From NCBI RefSeq assembly GCF_009914755.1, contig NC_060930.1: 64,000 nucleotides of DNA. One strand, given 5' to 3'. The translations under genes were made by a program, and so were the position numbers. A model generated the notes under the pieces. It saw nothing but the letters and a program-made list of their open reading frames with translations, searched no databases and was not told where the DNA came from. This DNA is from the human T2T-CHM13v2.0 reference genome, Homo sapiens. This document shows positions 27,030 through 40,510 of the stretch, in pieces; the stretch's first letter is position 1, and every line of letters starts with the position of its first letter.

Positions 27030-27170
27030 TGACCATCTGCAAAGTACTTTTCATAGGCAGTCACAAGTTCCTCACATTGTGACTAGGTAGTAATACTCCC
27101 ACTTTCTAGGTGAAAAGACAGCTGGTGAGTAACAGAATCAGTACTCAAAGTCCACCTTGCTGAGAGTTCT
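27030..27170 (-). mobile_element. MIR fragment
   Basis: CCTCACA…TAGGTA…CCCACTTT…CAGCTGGTGAGT MIR-like. Confidence 0.5.
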
Positions 27171-27491
27171 TTCTACCAACATCAAACCTTTGTGGACAGG
27201 ACTTGAAGACCCTCTAAAGTCTGGCCCTGGCCTGTCTTGCTGTCTTCTCACTTTTACTACACACTCCTACCACTGTGGCCACACTTAACACTTATCAATC
27301 CTTGAACATGGGTTTTCTGTCTGTGTTCTGCAAGAGCATTTTTTGTAGCATTATCCAGCAATTATTAAAAAAGAGTCTCTGCGAACAAAAATACTGTCAC
27401 CTCAAAGTCAAGGTAGATTTGTTTTACAGTGAAAGTAGGTGCACACACACACACACAAATTGCTCATATTTGTTGTAACTCATTTTTTTAA

Positions 27492-27882
<391 letters not shown>

Positions 27883-27914
27883 TAACTTACATTTTTTTCT
27901 AACTTGATTTGTTT

Positions 27915-28050
27915 TTCTCTTCTTAATCCTTGGACTGCCGCTTCTCCTCAGCTTTCTCCCCAGCCCTCCCTGCCTTCTTTCCTTTCTCCCTCTTCTTCCT
28001 CCTCACCTCTTATTTTCTCCTTTTCCTTCACCCCTGCTGTCCTCCCCCAC
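27915..28050. repeat. CT-rich low-complexity tract
   Basis: Polypyrimidine stretch about 200 nt upstream of ~exon 17. Confidence 0.75.
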
Positions 28051-28252
28051 TTTATATGTAGAGTTTGCATATGAGTTATTTTTGTTAATTACATACTTAG
28101 TCCCTCCAACTAGGTTAAATGCTTCTAGAAAACAGGATTCTGATTTTTATATATTTAAGTATCTAGTATCGTTTCATATAAAAAGTTATTTATAATCATA
28201 TAGGCCAATAGTTGAAAATGGTTTAAAGATACCATGTTTTCTTTTATTTTAG

Positions 28253-28378
28253 AGTTAAAAACTCACCACTTAAACAGTCTCCAGGTTATCAAACAGAACT
28301 AGTTATTCAGTTGGTTTGGGTGGGTGGAGAACCACCACAACAAATAACCAGCCTGGCAGTCAATTCTTCCTATGGACT
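28253..28378 (+). CDS. STXBP5: STXBP5 coding exon (~exon 17), 126 nt, VKNSPLKQSPGYQTELVIQLVWVGGEPPQQITSLAVNSSYGL
   Basis: ttttag| acceptor, CT|gtaagt donor, phase 2-2. Confidence 0.97.
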
Positions 28379-29116
28379 GTAAGTATAAGTTACGTTTTTT
28401 TCTAAGTCTCTTCATAGTATTCCATATGTCATTTTGTTTTTAAAAATAGAAAGGATGGTCTTTGTTATATCGTCACCTAAAATGGCATTCTACAATTTTG
28501 ATTTCAGACGAAATTGACTGTTTATTTGGAACATAATTTCATTCTGAATAACTTACTTTGGGTATGCATGCAGTATTTCCTGATGTAAAGTTAAATGCCT
28601 CATGGACCAATAAATTATTTGTGATGAAGTTTTAAAGTCAGTATATCCTCTCCTAAATATACTCCCAGAAATAATTTTCTTATTAATAATTACTATAATG
28701 GAAATCTAACAATATGAACCCAGAAAACTGTTATAAAACTGATTTTTGTAAATGTTGAAGTGTAGTTGTGTAATTTTTCTTTCTACTTCCAATTAACTTG
28801 TATAAATTGTAAAAGCATGACAATAATTAATATTCATTTATACTGTAGTATACTGTTTTATCAATTCATGCCTTCAGCCATATAGTGTTAATTATACATA
28901 TTTTTATTACAATATGATAGACTTATAAAGCATTTGTTATTTTCTTGTTTCAGAAATCAACACTGCAGTGTAAGAAACTGCTTCCTAACTGTTCAGTCCC
29001 AGAGCTATTTATCATGTGTAGTTCATTGTCTCCTTGCTTGATGCTAGCCCTAGGGACTCATTCATTTTTTTTCTTGCTGGTAGCTCCCACCACCTATTCT
29101 GTCTCTTGCAGCTGTA

Positions 29117-29416
29117 CAGTTAGCCCTCTGTATCCACGGATTCAACCAACTGTAGATGAAAAATATTCAGAAAATATAACCAAAAAACAATACAACAATT
29201 AAAAAAAATTTTTAAATACAATATAAAAACTATATAGCATTTCCATTGTATTAGGTATATGTAAATAATCTCAAGATGATTTAAAGTATATGGGAGACTG
29301 TACATTGGTTACATGCAAATTTTATGCCATTTTGTATTGAGGACTTGAACATCCGCAGATTTTAGTATCTGTGGGGGTCCTGGAACCAAGCTTCTGAAGA
29401 AACCAAGGGACAACTG
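29117..29416. mobile_element. MER2 (TcMar-Tigger) DNA transposon
   Basis: TIRs CAGTTAGCCCT…/…AGGGACAACTG with TA target duplications. Confidence 0.88.
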
Positions 29417-30418
29417 TACATCAAACTAACACTGGCTACAGTCTGAGATAGTCTTCTTTCATATCTTTTATTTGCTGCCACACAATGTAAGAGCACAAAC
29501 TTTCTTCTTTTAAATATTTATTTTCCACGACCATAAAGAAAACATAGGAAATAAGAAAAAGAACCAATAGGAAGTTTCAAAGGAATCTATTACAGACCTC
29601 ACTAGGCTTACAGTTGTATTTTGTTTGGCCCTTTCTGTGTATTTTTAGAATTTTAATTAGTTACCAAGACTATATAAATCCATACTTAGAGCTCCAACTT
29701 AAAAATCTGATTATGTGGCCGTGTCCGTGTTTCTCCATGGCAGCTTCATCTGGAACTGAGTTGAAGCTTTTCCTCATTAGATGTGCCATACAATCTTAAG
29801 TAACCATGATGCTTACATGTCCTCTTTTACTTAGTTATATAGCTCTCTATACATGTCAGTTCTCCATTCCTGGCTTAAAAGATCTTAAAAGAATAAATTT
29901 CCTTTATTCATAGTTGATTGGTTTATAGTTCCTGACTCATAATTGAGAAGGTATTTAGAACACCCCAAAGGGCCTCCAAGATGTATGCTTTCTACTTTTT
30001 ATTCTTGACTTGAATGATTACCAAAACTTACCCCAAAGTATAATCTCCTACTTTCCTAATAGAAGGGAATGTCTCCCACCCATGAAGAGCTCAAAATGCC
30101 CCCAAGGTAGAAAAATAGATGTTGCGTTGTGAGATGTGAGAGATTTATATCTCTGATCAAGTTTCAACTCCTATGCCAAATATTTTTATAAATAATGCAG
30201 TTGATTGATTTAGTGATATTAAATAATGTCTGCAGAAGATCTAAACAGTTCCGTGAGTAGGCATATGTAACCTGTATTTCAGTTCCTATAGTTGTCTTTT
30301 GTTTCAAAGAATTTTCTGAAAGACCCACCATGCTTCTTTCTTCAGCCTTATAGACTGTAGTACATTTTTTTGGAATTATTTGTTTGTGCTAAAATGTTTG
30401 TTATTTTCCTATTCCCAG

Positions 30419-30570
30419 GGTGGTTTTTGGCAATTGCAATGGCATTGCTATGGTTGACTACCTCCAGAAAGCAGTGCTGCTCAACCTGGGCACTATTGAA
30501 TTATATGGCTCTAATGATCCTTATCGGAGAGAACCCCGATCTCCTCGTAAATCTCGACAGCCTTCAGGAG
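30419..30570 (+). CDS. STXBP5: STXBP5 coding exon (~exon 18), 152 nt, VVFGNCNGIAMVDYLQK…RSPRKSRQPSG
   Basis: ttcccag| acceptor, GAG|gtaaaa donor, phase 2-1; ORF 30420..30605. Confidence 0.97.
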
Positions 30571-30751
30571 GTAAAAAGAAAAGAAAAGAAAATTCTGAGC
30601 TTTAGGATTTCTATAAATGCTGGCTTACTTTTGTGAATATAAGTATTATAGTTAGGTAAATAGCTTGCCTGATTTAGTCTGTATATATAAACTGCCAAAA
30701 ACTAGCAAAAGTTGTGAGTCTTATTTTTGTTTTCTATAGTTGTGGTTTTGC

Positions 30752-31035
30752 TTTTTTTTTGAGACAGGGTCTCACTCTGTCACCCAGACTGGTGTGCAGT
30801 AGTGCCTTCACTGCAGCCTTGACCTCTTGGGCTCAGGTGATCCTCCCACCTCAACCCTCTGAGTAGCTGGGACCATAGGCACATGCCACCATACCCAGCT
30901 GGTTTTTTGTATTTTTTGTACAGATGGAGTTTTGTCATGTTGCCCAGGTTGGTGTCAAACACCTGGACTCAAGTGATCCCCTGCCTCAGCCTCCCAAAGT
31001 ACTGGGATTACAGGCGTGAGGCACCACACCCAGCC
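30752..31035 (-). mobile_element. AluJ
   Basis: Antisense dimer with J-type diagnostics. Confidence 0.93.
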
Positions 31036-32883
31036 TGTTTTTCTTTTTAATATTCTAGGATTTTATTGCACATTGAGAAAGAACCACGGGATCAAACTTT
31101 TCAGCTAAAATATAATGACAGGAATATTTGTATAATTATTATATAAAAAAAGTTACTTTGTAAGGTTTTGCTCCTTTTCATTGTTTGGTTTTTGTAAGAC
31201 CAGTGATTTATTGTTTAAACGATTTAATTCAAAGGAATCATTCCCATGTGGGAAAAAAAGGAAAATGCAAAAGTAAATTTTATTTCTTTGAAAATATACC
31301 ATTCTTAGATAGCTTTGATTAAATGTAAGCCCACACTCATTGAGAATTCTCTTTATAGAGTTCTTTTATGTTTGCTAGGTAATTAGTCTTAATTTTAAAT
31401 GTTCTACTGTAATACCTCAAGGTACACATGTATACTTAGCTATATATACCAGTACTTCTTGCCCTTTTTTTATTTCATGACACACACAAAAAGATGGCAT
31501 TTGATATATGGCACACAGGGTACACTAATGAGACTTCCAGTTGTAACTGGCCTGCAGAATCCAGTTTCCCCAGGGCCTGTCCTGCCCAACTGGACCAGAG
31601 ATTGAGGGCAACCTGTTTGAGGCATACTTAACTCATTTGCAGAATACCAGTGTGTATTGAAACACCGTTTGGGAAGCTCTGGTCTGTACTTCCTAACTCA
31701 GTCCCCTCTGAATTAAAATTCATTCTGCAAATCATTTTTCAGTTGTGTTCGGTACATTATTAACTAATACTGCAAATTTTACAATTCATGGGGGGTAGAA
31801 TTAGGGGATATAGACCTTTCTGTTACTTTGGCTTGATGACTGAATTTTTCTTTCCAAAGTTTTGTTTTTCCATTTTTTTTTAATGTGATCATTTTGTCAT
31901 GTAATATCTTCAGCAGAGATTGTTGTCCCAACCATACCATTCTAGTATTTTTGTCTCCTTTTATTTCTTCCGCTTTTCATTGCTTCACTAAGGTGTGCTG
32001 ATTGTGACTTCTTGCATGTGCGGCCTTTCTAGCTTATATTCTGAATCTATGAAAAAACTACGTTCTTCTTTTTTAAGTAAGTCATTTATGCCTTGGCATG
32101 TTTGTTCTTTGTAAAATCATTGGGAGTTTTTGTGTTCATTTTTAAAAGAGCTTATTAAAACGTTCTATGTCTAAAACACTGTACTCATTACTTAGATTCA
32201 TCTCATGACATGTATATGAAAACAGCTATTTAAATACTTGTGCCCCAATTCTATTTCTTTGTAAAGCCAAGATACTAGTATTTAATGCTAGAATGTTAGA
32301 AAATTATCATGATAGAGAAGAAATATTTTTTGAAGATAAAACCTTTAGTTTATTTTACAAATGTGGTAAAAATTACACTATCCATAAAATTAACCCCTTT
32401 TCTCCATTATACCTTATACTAGCTTATGTAAAATTGCTAGAAATTAAATGCCTAGATTTATCTAAGGATAGAGACTGATTTTTACCATCTAATTTTAAAA
32501 ATATTTTTTAAAATTTATATTTTATTTATATTATTTTTATATTATATTTATATTATTATTTGCTTTATTTTGTTATTGAAGAATTAGCTATTTAGGCACA
32601 GGAGAACTATTTGAGTTTTTCTTTATTAGTTTAAGATATTTACTCATTGTTATGTCTCGCTTTGTCAATATTTAGGGTTGTGTTTTAAATAAAAATTAAA
32701 ATTATATTAAAGTATGTTTTAAAATAACATCTTAAGAATATTTCTGACTCTGATCCCCCCAAATTTATAAATATTTGAAATAAAATTAAATATAGAATGA
32801 TTGGTATAAAAATTCTTTGTCATGATGTAAAAAATAATATTCTTCCTAACACATGTATTTTATAACATGTTCTTAGGTGTTGA

Positions 32884-33222
<339 letters not shown>

Positions 33223-33569
33223 TCTTCAGGCTTTTTTAAAAGAACAGTTTGGAGAAATTTTTTTGTTTTCCTACAAATAGATGCTGATATATTTTTATAA
33301 AGAATGTAGTTCACATGAATTTTAAGACAAAACTGTTTAGGCTAAGTTTAAATGTGTCATAGCTGTATTACAATACAGTTGCATTATTGAGTAAAATATA
33401 GGCTGTGTTTTCGTAATAAAAATTCTAGAACTGTCACAAGGACAAACAGTAATGAAGTATTTCAGCTACCCGTATATCTGCTAAAAATCTGATTCTACTA
33501 AAAATGAACTGTAGGATAATATATATATTGTTTTGCTGGTCATTTTATCATTCAGTAGAATGATAAAAC

Positions 33570-33619
33570 TACTAATGATTGTGTGTATATTAAATATACT
33601 AATGATTGTGTGTATATTA
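33570..33619. repeat. 23-bp tandem duplication (period 27)
   Basis: TACTAATGATTGTGTGTATATTA at 33570-33592 and 33597-33619. Confidence 0.93.
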
Positions 33620-34121
33620 GTAGAAAGCAGAACTAAGTAACTGAGTGCTACATTAAGAAGAATCGTTTTTTCTCTGGAAAGTATGAAAGCTATTATTATA
33701 ATAAAGAGAAACTAAATCCTAAGTTCCTTTATGTAAATGAGGCAGACCAAGCAATAATAAAAAGAATATCAAGATAATTGGTGAATTTAAAAGGGATCCC
33801 CAGTTGGTGAAGGTCAAACATTTTACATTTCAGCTGATTTGAGGCACTAATTAGTCAGAATTCTAGAATGAGTTGCTATGTGCATATAGAAAATAGAAAT
33901 GATCAATAGAAGTCAGCAGAAGTTCACTAAAAGTAAGTTGTAGTAAAATCAATTTTACTTTTTTAATCTGGTAACTACATTGATGACTTATGGCAGCCTG
34001 TTGACATAATGTTGCCTGAAGTTAATGAGGTATTGATAATTTTACGGTACTTTTGTGAACCAGACAGGTAGAAGTGACCTAAATACCTAGTTCAGTTTAA
34101 TGATGGAAAGATTGCTTAAAT

Positions 34122-34335
34122 CAAGAGTCAGCAAACTATTGTCTGTAGGCCAAAACCAGCCTAGTGCCTGATTTTGTAAATACAGTTTTATTGGAAAAAT
34201 ACCATGTTTATTTGTTATGTGTTGTCTATAGCTGCTTTTGTGCTGCAACAGAACAGCTGAATATTTGGTTTTGGCTGAAAAAGCCTGAACTATTTATTAC
34301 TTGGATCTTTACAGAAAACATTTGCCAGCCCTCTC
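34122..34335 (+). mobile_element. MER58A hAT-Charlie DNA transposon
   Basis: GTCAGCAAACT…TTTTGTAAATACAGTTTTATTGGAA…TTTACAGAAAACATTTGCC. Confidence 0.85.
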
Positions 34336-34714
34336 AATTAAACCATGGTACTGGATTAATGTGTAGTCTAATTACCTTGATGTAGTGTGCCTCAGTTAAT
34401 GGATGTATTGTGTTGAATAACATAGGATTATGTTTTGTTGAATATTTTAAATAGTAAATGTAGCTTCCTGTCTGGACTTTTGAAAGAGAAGATATGCTTA
34501 TAAGAAGGGTCACTGTTTAAGGGGGAGGTAGCTATTGCATTTGATGGCAGAGTAACAACTCAAAAAGATAATTTATAGGTAGAAACAGTAAATTTAAACC
34601 AAAGAATTGAGATTTATCAACAATACATGTTGAGTCCTGAGTTTAGGTTATAAAGATTGATTGTTTACATATAGAACAGAAAACACAGTGAAACATAATT
34701 GGAGATTTTGTTTA

Positions 34715-34905
34715 AGCACATCTAAGTTTAAATCTCTGCTCTTTTTATAAGTTTGTGATACTAGAAAGGATATTTCTCTGAAGCTCAGTGTCCTCATTTA
34801 TAAAATGAAGGTGGTGACTCCCTCATGAAGTTGGTGTGATTATTAAGTGAGAGGACACAATGTGGCATACCTAATCATGTGAGTGAACATTGCTGGCATT
34901 CAGGT
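34715..34905 (+). mobile_element. MIR
   Basis: CTCAGTGTCCTCATTTATAAAATG core. Confidence 0.6.
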
Positions 34906-35204
34906 GGTTGTTTTGTTACTGTTGACCACAACTTCGTATGTGCCAGTAATGTGGCAGAACTGCTGAATATGTTAATGTGAGAAGTTTAGAACAGTTAAAA
35001 TTACAGTTCTATGTTTATGTTGTATTTTCCCCTCATTTTTAAATCAGGGCATTATAAAAAGCAGATTTTGTCCTAAAGCATGCAGAGCTTTTCTACCAGT
35101 TAAAAAAAAAAAAAAAAAAAAAACACACAAAACTCTAAGAGTGGCAATTAAGTGGACCATTTCTATAAGTACTTAGGTTTTTGTTCCTGTATAAAATGCC
35201 TACA

Positions 35205-35335
35205 ACACTCAGTGCCTCAGTTTCTTCTTCTGTAAAATGAGAATAATACTATCTACTTCATTTGCTGCTGTTAGGGTTAAATGAATTAAGCACTTAAAAC
35301 ATATCTGGCACATAGTAAGTATTCAGTAAATGTCA
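35205..35335 (+). mobile_element. MIR
   Basis: GTGCCTCAGTTTCTTCTTCTGTAAAATGAGAATAATA core. Confidence 0.75.
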
Positions 35336-35477
35336 CTTAAGACCACTTAGCTAATTGGGTTGAGTGAGATAGGTTTGAACAGAGCCTAGGTAGCTGTATT
35401 GCTAGGAATATTTGTTGAAGGGATTCTGGCAGTAACAGAGGGGATGGATTAAGTTACATGCTATGAAATTCTTTCAC

Positions 35478-36045
35478 ATGTATTCACTCAACCATTCAAC
35501 AGATACTGAGGCTTCCATGTGCTATGCACCATTATAGGCAGCAAAACAGACAAAATTCTCTACCCTCATGGAACTCATGTCCAACTGAAAGAGACACACA
35601 CTTAAGAAGATAAGTAATATACAGTAGATTACATTAATAGTGCCGAGGGGAAAAGTACTTGAAGGAGGATTTGAAATATCAATGATGGAGTGTTAAATTT
35701 AAAATAAAATAGAGTGTCTAGATGATTTCAGGTTTAAAGGACGTGAGAGAGCTATTATCCATGAGGATGTCTGGGAAAACAGTCAGTCAAACAAGAAACA
35801 TTTCATACAAGAGAACAAGCACAATTTGCTCTGAAGCAGTACACCTGGTGAGTTCAAGGAACAATGAGGAGTCAGTGTGGCTGGAGAAGAGAGAGTACCA
35901 GTGGTGGGCAAGTCAGTGAAAGCAGCAGATAGTCTGAGAGGTAACAGGATACAGTATACTGTAGGATCATCTACATCACCCAACCAAGTAGGGTTGGACT
36001 TTGACTTTTACCCTGAGTGAGATGAAGGCACTGAATGGATTTTTA
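35478..36045 (-). mobile_element. LINE-2 3' fragment
   Basis: ATTCACTCAACCATTCAACA…CCCTCATGGAACTCA…GACTTTGACTTTTACCCTGAGTGAGATG. Confidence 0.75.
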
Positions 36046-36535
36046 GCTTATTTAACAGTTGTTTAATTTAATATCTAAACTAAATCCTCTCTATCCACAT
36101 TCTGTAATTCAACTCCTAAATGTTTCTTCCTAGGCCTTTTTAAGAATGATAACTATATCATATAAGTTTAAGAACTTTTTTAGTCAATAAGTTCAGTAAT
36201 TATTATATCATAAGGACCCTCAACTCAAACCTCAAAGTGGTTTCCCCTAAGTATAATCTTTAGTAGCAGTTGACAAAAATACCAAGGGGGTAAAATTTCA
36301 AATTTTACCATTTTTATTCAGTACTAGTCACGTCATAAAACTGGAGTGTTATCACTACTGTTTAGAGATCCTCTTAGTGTTCTATCAATAAAGAGTACAT
36401 GTATATAAACAAATATTTTATCAAAGATTAAATGCATACCTATAATTACATCTATCATCTTAGATCTGTAAAAACCAGGTTTTCTTCCAGGACCATTAGT
36501 TTGATGAAGATTTTTTTTAAAACTACTAATTCTCA

Positions 36536-36836
<301 letters not shown>

Positions 36837-37452
36837 TATGACTAATTCTCATTCAAGAACTTCCTATCTAATGAAAAAAACTAATATGTGCCTCAAAATG
36901 GGAAACTTTTCTTAGAAGCTGAATTCAGTACTCATGTTCTTAGGAAATGTTACTTTGAAAGCTTTCTCAGTGACTGTTGGAAATGTGACATCATGTCTTT
37001 TACCAAAGTAATAGAAAAGCAGATACTGGTGATACATACACATCCTGTTCATCCATCGATGTGACACCTGACTTCTGAGGCTTGGACATGTAACTCCTTG
37101 CCCAGCTAGTCCAAACTCTTGATGTGTTTTTGTTTATTTATAATGTTTAGACAATTTGCAGGGGTTTTTATAACGTCAATCACCAGGCAAATTTATAACA
37201 TATTGTTTACTTTGTATTTTATCATAGATTATATTTTTATTTGTTTTAACTGATGAGTGCTGTATTAGTTTGAGGTATTTTAATATAAAATGTTTCTATC
37301 TCAAACCCAATGTGCATGGTATCAGTACCACAGTCTGTTAATTTATTGGGTTCTTTTAAATGGACAGTAGTTAAATGTGTACTATAAATAAAAGACAAAA
37401 CTGCACTTACATAAATGTATGGGTTGATTTGTTTTTTGTTTTTGTTTTGTAG

Positions 37453-37518
37453 CCGGTCTGTGTGATATTAGTGAAGGGACTGTTGTTCCAGAGGATCGCT
37501 GCAAATCTCCAACCTCTG
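37453..37518 (+). CDS. STXBP5: STXBP5 coding exon (~exon 19), 66 nt, AGLCDISEGTVVPEDRCKSPTS
   Basis: ttttgtag| acceptor, CTG|gtaatt donor, phase 1-1. Confidence 0.95.
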
Positions 37519-38941
37519 GTAATTTGGTTTTTTTTTATTTCATTAATAATTATGATTTACAAAATCCAAGATAGCATACTAGTGTACATTTTGATAGATA
37601 TGCATTTAAAATACATCTACGAAAACTTTTGTGTCACGTATTTAGTCTTAAAATCTTAACTGCATTCTTTGAATTCTGATTAAGTGGAAAGAAATGTAGC
37701 TTGTGCTAAATAAAAATCCAAAACTTTACCTGCTGAGAATCATGTAATTGTTTATTTAATGTTCTTATATTTACACCTTTTTTAGAGAAAATATATTTTA
37801 CTCCTTGCCATTGGATCAAATGTCTTAGTTATCTACCATCTTTAAATGTTATGAAAAATGTTTAACACTTATAATCTAATCATGAGTGTAGACAATTAGA
37901 ATAATTATAGACTAGTTGTATGTATTTTTATTTATGATGAAAATAGTTTCTGATATATTTATAGCTGTATTAAAGCAGTTCTCATTTCTTATCTATAAAT
38001 GGGTCTTTATGTGACCTGTGTGTATATTAACATTTCAAAAGAATATTAATTTTTATTATCTTTGGAGACCTCTTAAAATTAAGAAGATCTTGAATTTATT
38101 TTATTTTGGTGGATTGATCCTTTTCTAATCCTTCATAAAGTTAATATTATTCACCAGTTTTCTAGTGAAGAGATCATTCTTAGCATAAGTAACACTGTTG
38201 TTAAGACAGGTTTTGATCCTTCCATAGCTGGTATACTACATCAGAAACAATTGTAAGAATGGGAAATATTGAGAAGGGTATTTTGTTTTACTCCCTCACA
38301 TTTTAGTGTAATATTTTATTATATCTAAGACTGCAAAAGCTTTTATGTTTGCCTTTTACAATTGCATTTTCCTGATACTAACTAGTCGATTATTTCTTAA
38401 AGTTAAAATGTACCTATGCATTTTCTGACTTTCTTGTTCTTTAAACTTCATATTTAAATTTATTCATTAAACTAATAAAACATATGGAGGAATTGGTCAC
38501 ATAATTAATACCTAATAAGGTTTAACATTGGTAGAATTAAGTTTGAATGAATAATATGAAGCAGGAGCTGTTTTCTGTCTCCTAGGACTGTTTATTTCTG
38601 AATTTGGAATTTAGAATTGTAATATCTTTTAGTTCTTACTTTCCTTCTAACTACATAAAATAATGTTCTGACTTTCTCATCTTCCCCAAAATCGGTAAAT
38701 GCATTTGTCAATATGTTAAGGATATAAGCCAGGGTGAACAATTTGGACATGGAACATGTGATATATTACACTTAAATATATTAAATACCATGGGAGATGG
38801 GTTTTAATAAGATTCAGCCCAAATAAATTAGTATTCCTTTTTATCCTGGGCCAGACTTTCAAAAAGTGGATACATCTAGCCCTTTGAAATAAACGTGATA
38901 TTTGTAGATAAGTATATATTTAAATCTAAGTATATGAATAT

Positions 38942-39119
38942 AAAAAGTAGCCGGGCGAGGTAGCAGGCGCCTGTAGTCCCAGCTACTCGGGAGGCTGAGG
39001 CAGGAGAATGGCGTGAACCCCAGGGGGCGGAGCCTGCAGTGAGCCGAGATCGCGCCACTGCACTCCAGCCTGGGCGACAGCGAGACTACGTCTCAAAAAA
39101 AAAAGAAAAAAAGAAAAAG
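38942..39119 (+). mobile_element. 5'-truncated young AluY (AluYe-like), right arm only
   Basis: GAACCCCAGGGGGCGGAGCCTGCAG and CGACAGCGAGAC variants; CpG-rich; A-tail. Confidence 0.9.
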
Positions 39120-40465
39120 TAAATAAAGGTTAAAAACCCTGTAAATTCTCAAAACAGAGAAACTCAAACATGGTTCAGCATTTTCAAATATATTTTGCTC
39201 TTTGGTCCATGTGAAAAGGAAAGTAATAGAGAAGTTCATATGTCCTTAGATATTTCATTGTTTCTATCTCAGCATGTTTGAAATGCAAAGTAAAAATTGC
39301 GACTTCAAAAAATCATTGATAAATCATGTATTCTTATCATTAGATATAGAAACCTTTGTTTAGGCTTTGATTATATTCTGAAAAACATAGGAATTCTCTG
39401 AGACATTATGTCGGTTTCTCCATATCAGGAAATACTGTTTTTTTTACAAAAAGTCAAACTTTAATAGGGAATAGTTGTTTCAGATAGCAGGAGATAGCAG
39501 TTATGCACAACTAGTAAGAGCATTACAGTAGAAACTAGAGTGAGATTCTGGAAAACTATTTTAATATAAATAATTTTGACACTGCATTTTTATAGCTTGT
39601 GTGTGTCTTTCTCAACTTGTCCATGTAAAAATTGTTAATAGTAATTTTTGCCATCTATTATGGGTTAATTGTCTTACTCTGTATATTTGTAACGTTTTTT
39701 AACCTTCATTCCTGTTAACATTCTAATAGGAAAATAAAGAAATAATTTATTATTACCCCTTTGGCCAACACATGCAAATTCTACTACTTCACGGTGGTCA
39801 AAAAAGAATAACAGATGGGATGAATTTGAAGTGAATCAAAAGAACCACAAGGGGATCATGTTTTAAAAAACATAAAAATTAGTAATTAAATTACAAGCCT
39901 CAAATAGTTTCCACAATGAGAATGATATAAAGAGGTAAAATAGTTGAGTGATGCATTATAGATTATTAAAACCGATATAGCTAATATAAAATAAGTTGGT
40001 ATTTATGGGAAAAGAAGAAATGTATAAAGTGGATTGGGAGTTAAAATGAGTCTCTTGTAAATATTAAGTGGAAGACCAATATAGAAATATAAAGTAGCCA
40101 TATGCCTTTATCAAAACCAGTAAGTTAATTTAAAATAATTCATATATGAAGGGAAACTTTTTAGAAAACCTTTTAAATCTCATAATCAAGATTTGTGATC
40201 TCAACTGTTTAGTTAATTAAAATCAAAGCTATCTTCAGAAATCATCATGAGAAAAATCCATGTAATGCATATAGTTTGCCCTTTTCATTTATTTTTATGT
40301 AAACCAGTGGTCCCCCAATAGAGAAAGTTAATTCTGCCTACTGAACATATGCATCCTGAACGAATGAAGGGAAAGACTTTCATTTGATCCTTACATCAAA
40401 GAACTTATATTGCTTCACTGAACACTTTAGTATTATTGGAATTTTTTTAGTACTGCATGCAAAGA

Positions 40466-40510
40466 TATATATATATACACATACATAGACACACACACAC
40501 ACACACACAC
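40466..40510. repeat. (TA)n/(CA)n compound microsatellite
   Basis: Direct reading. Confidence 0.85.

Noticed and set aside
27110-27124. 15-nt AG…GTGAGT segment
   Set aside because: Inside a MIR and has an immediate in-frame TGA; shows the chance background for such patterns
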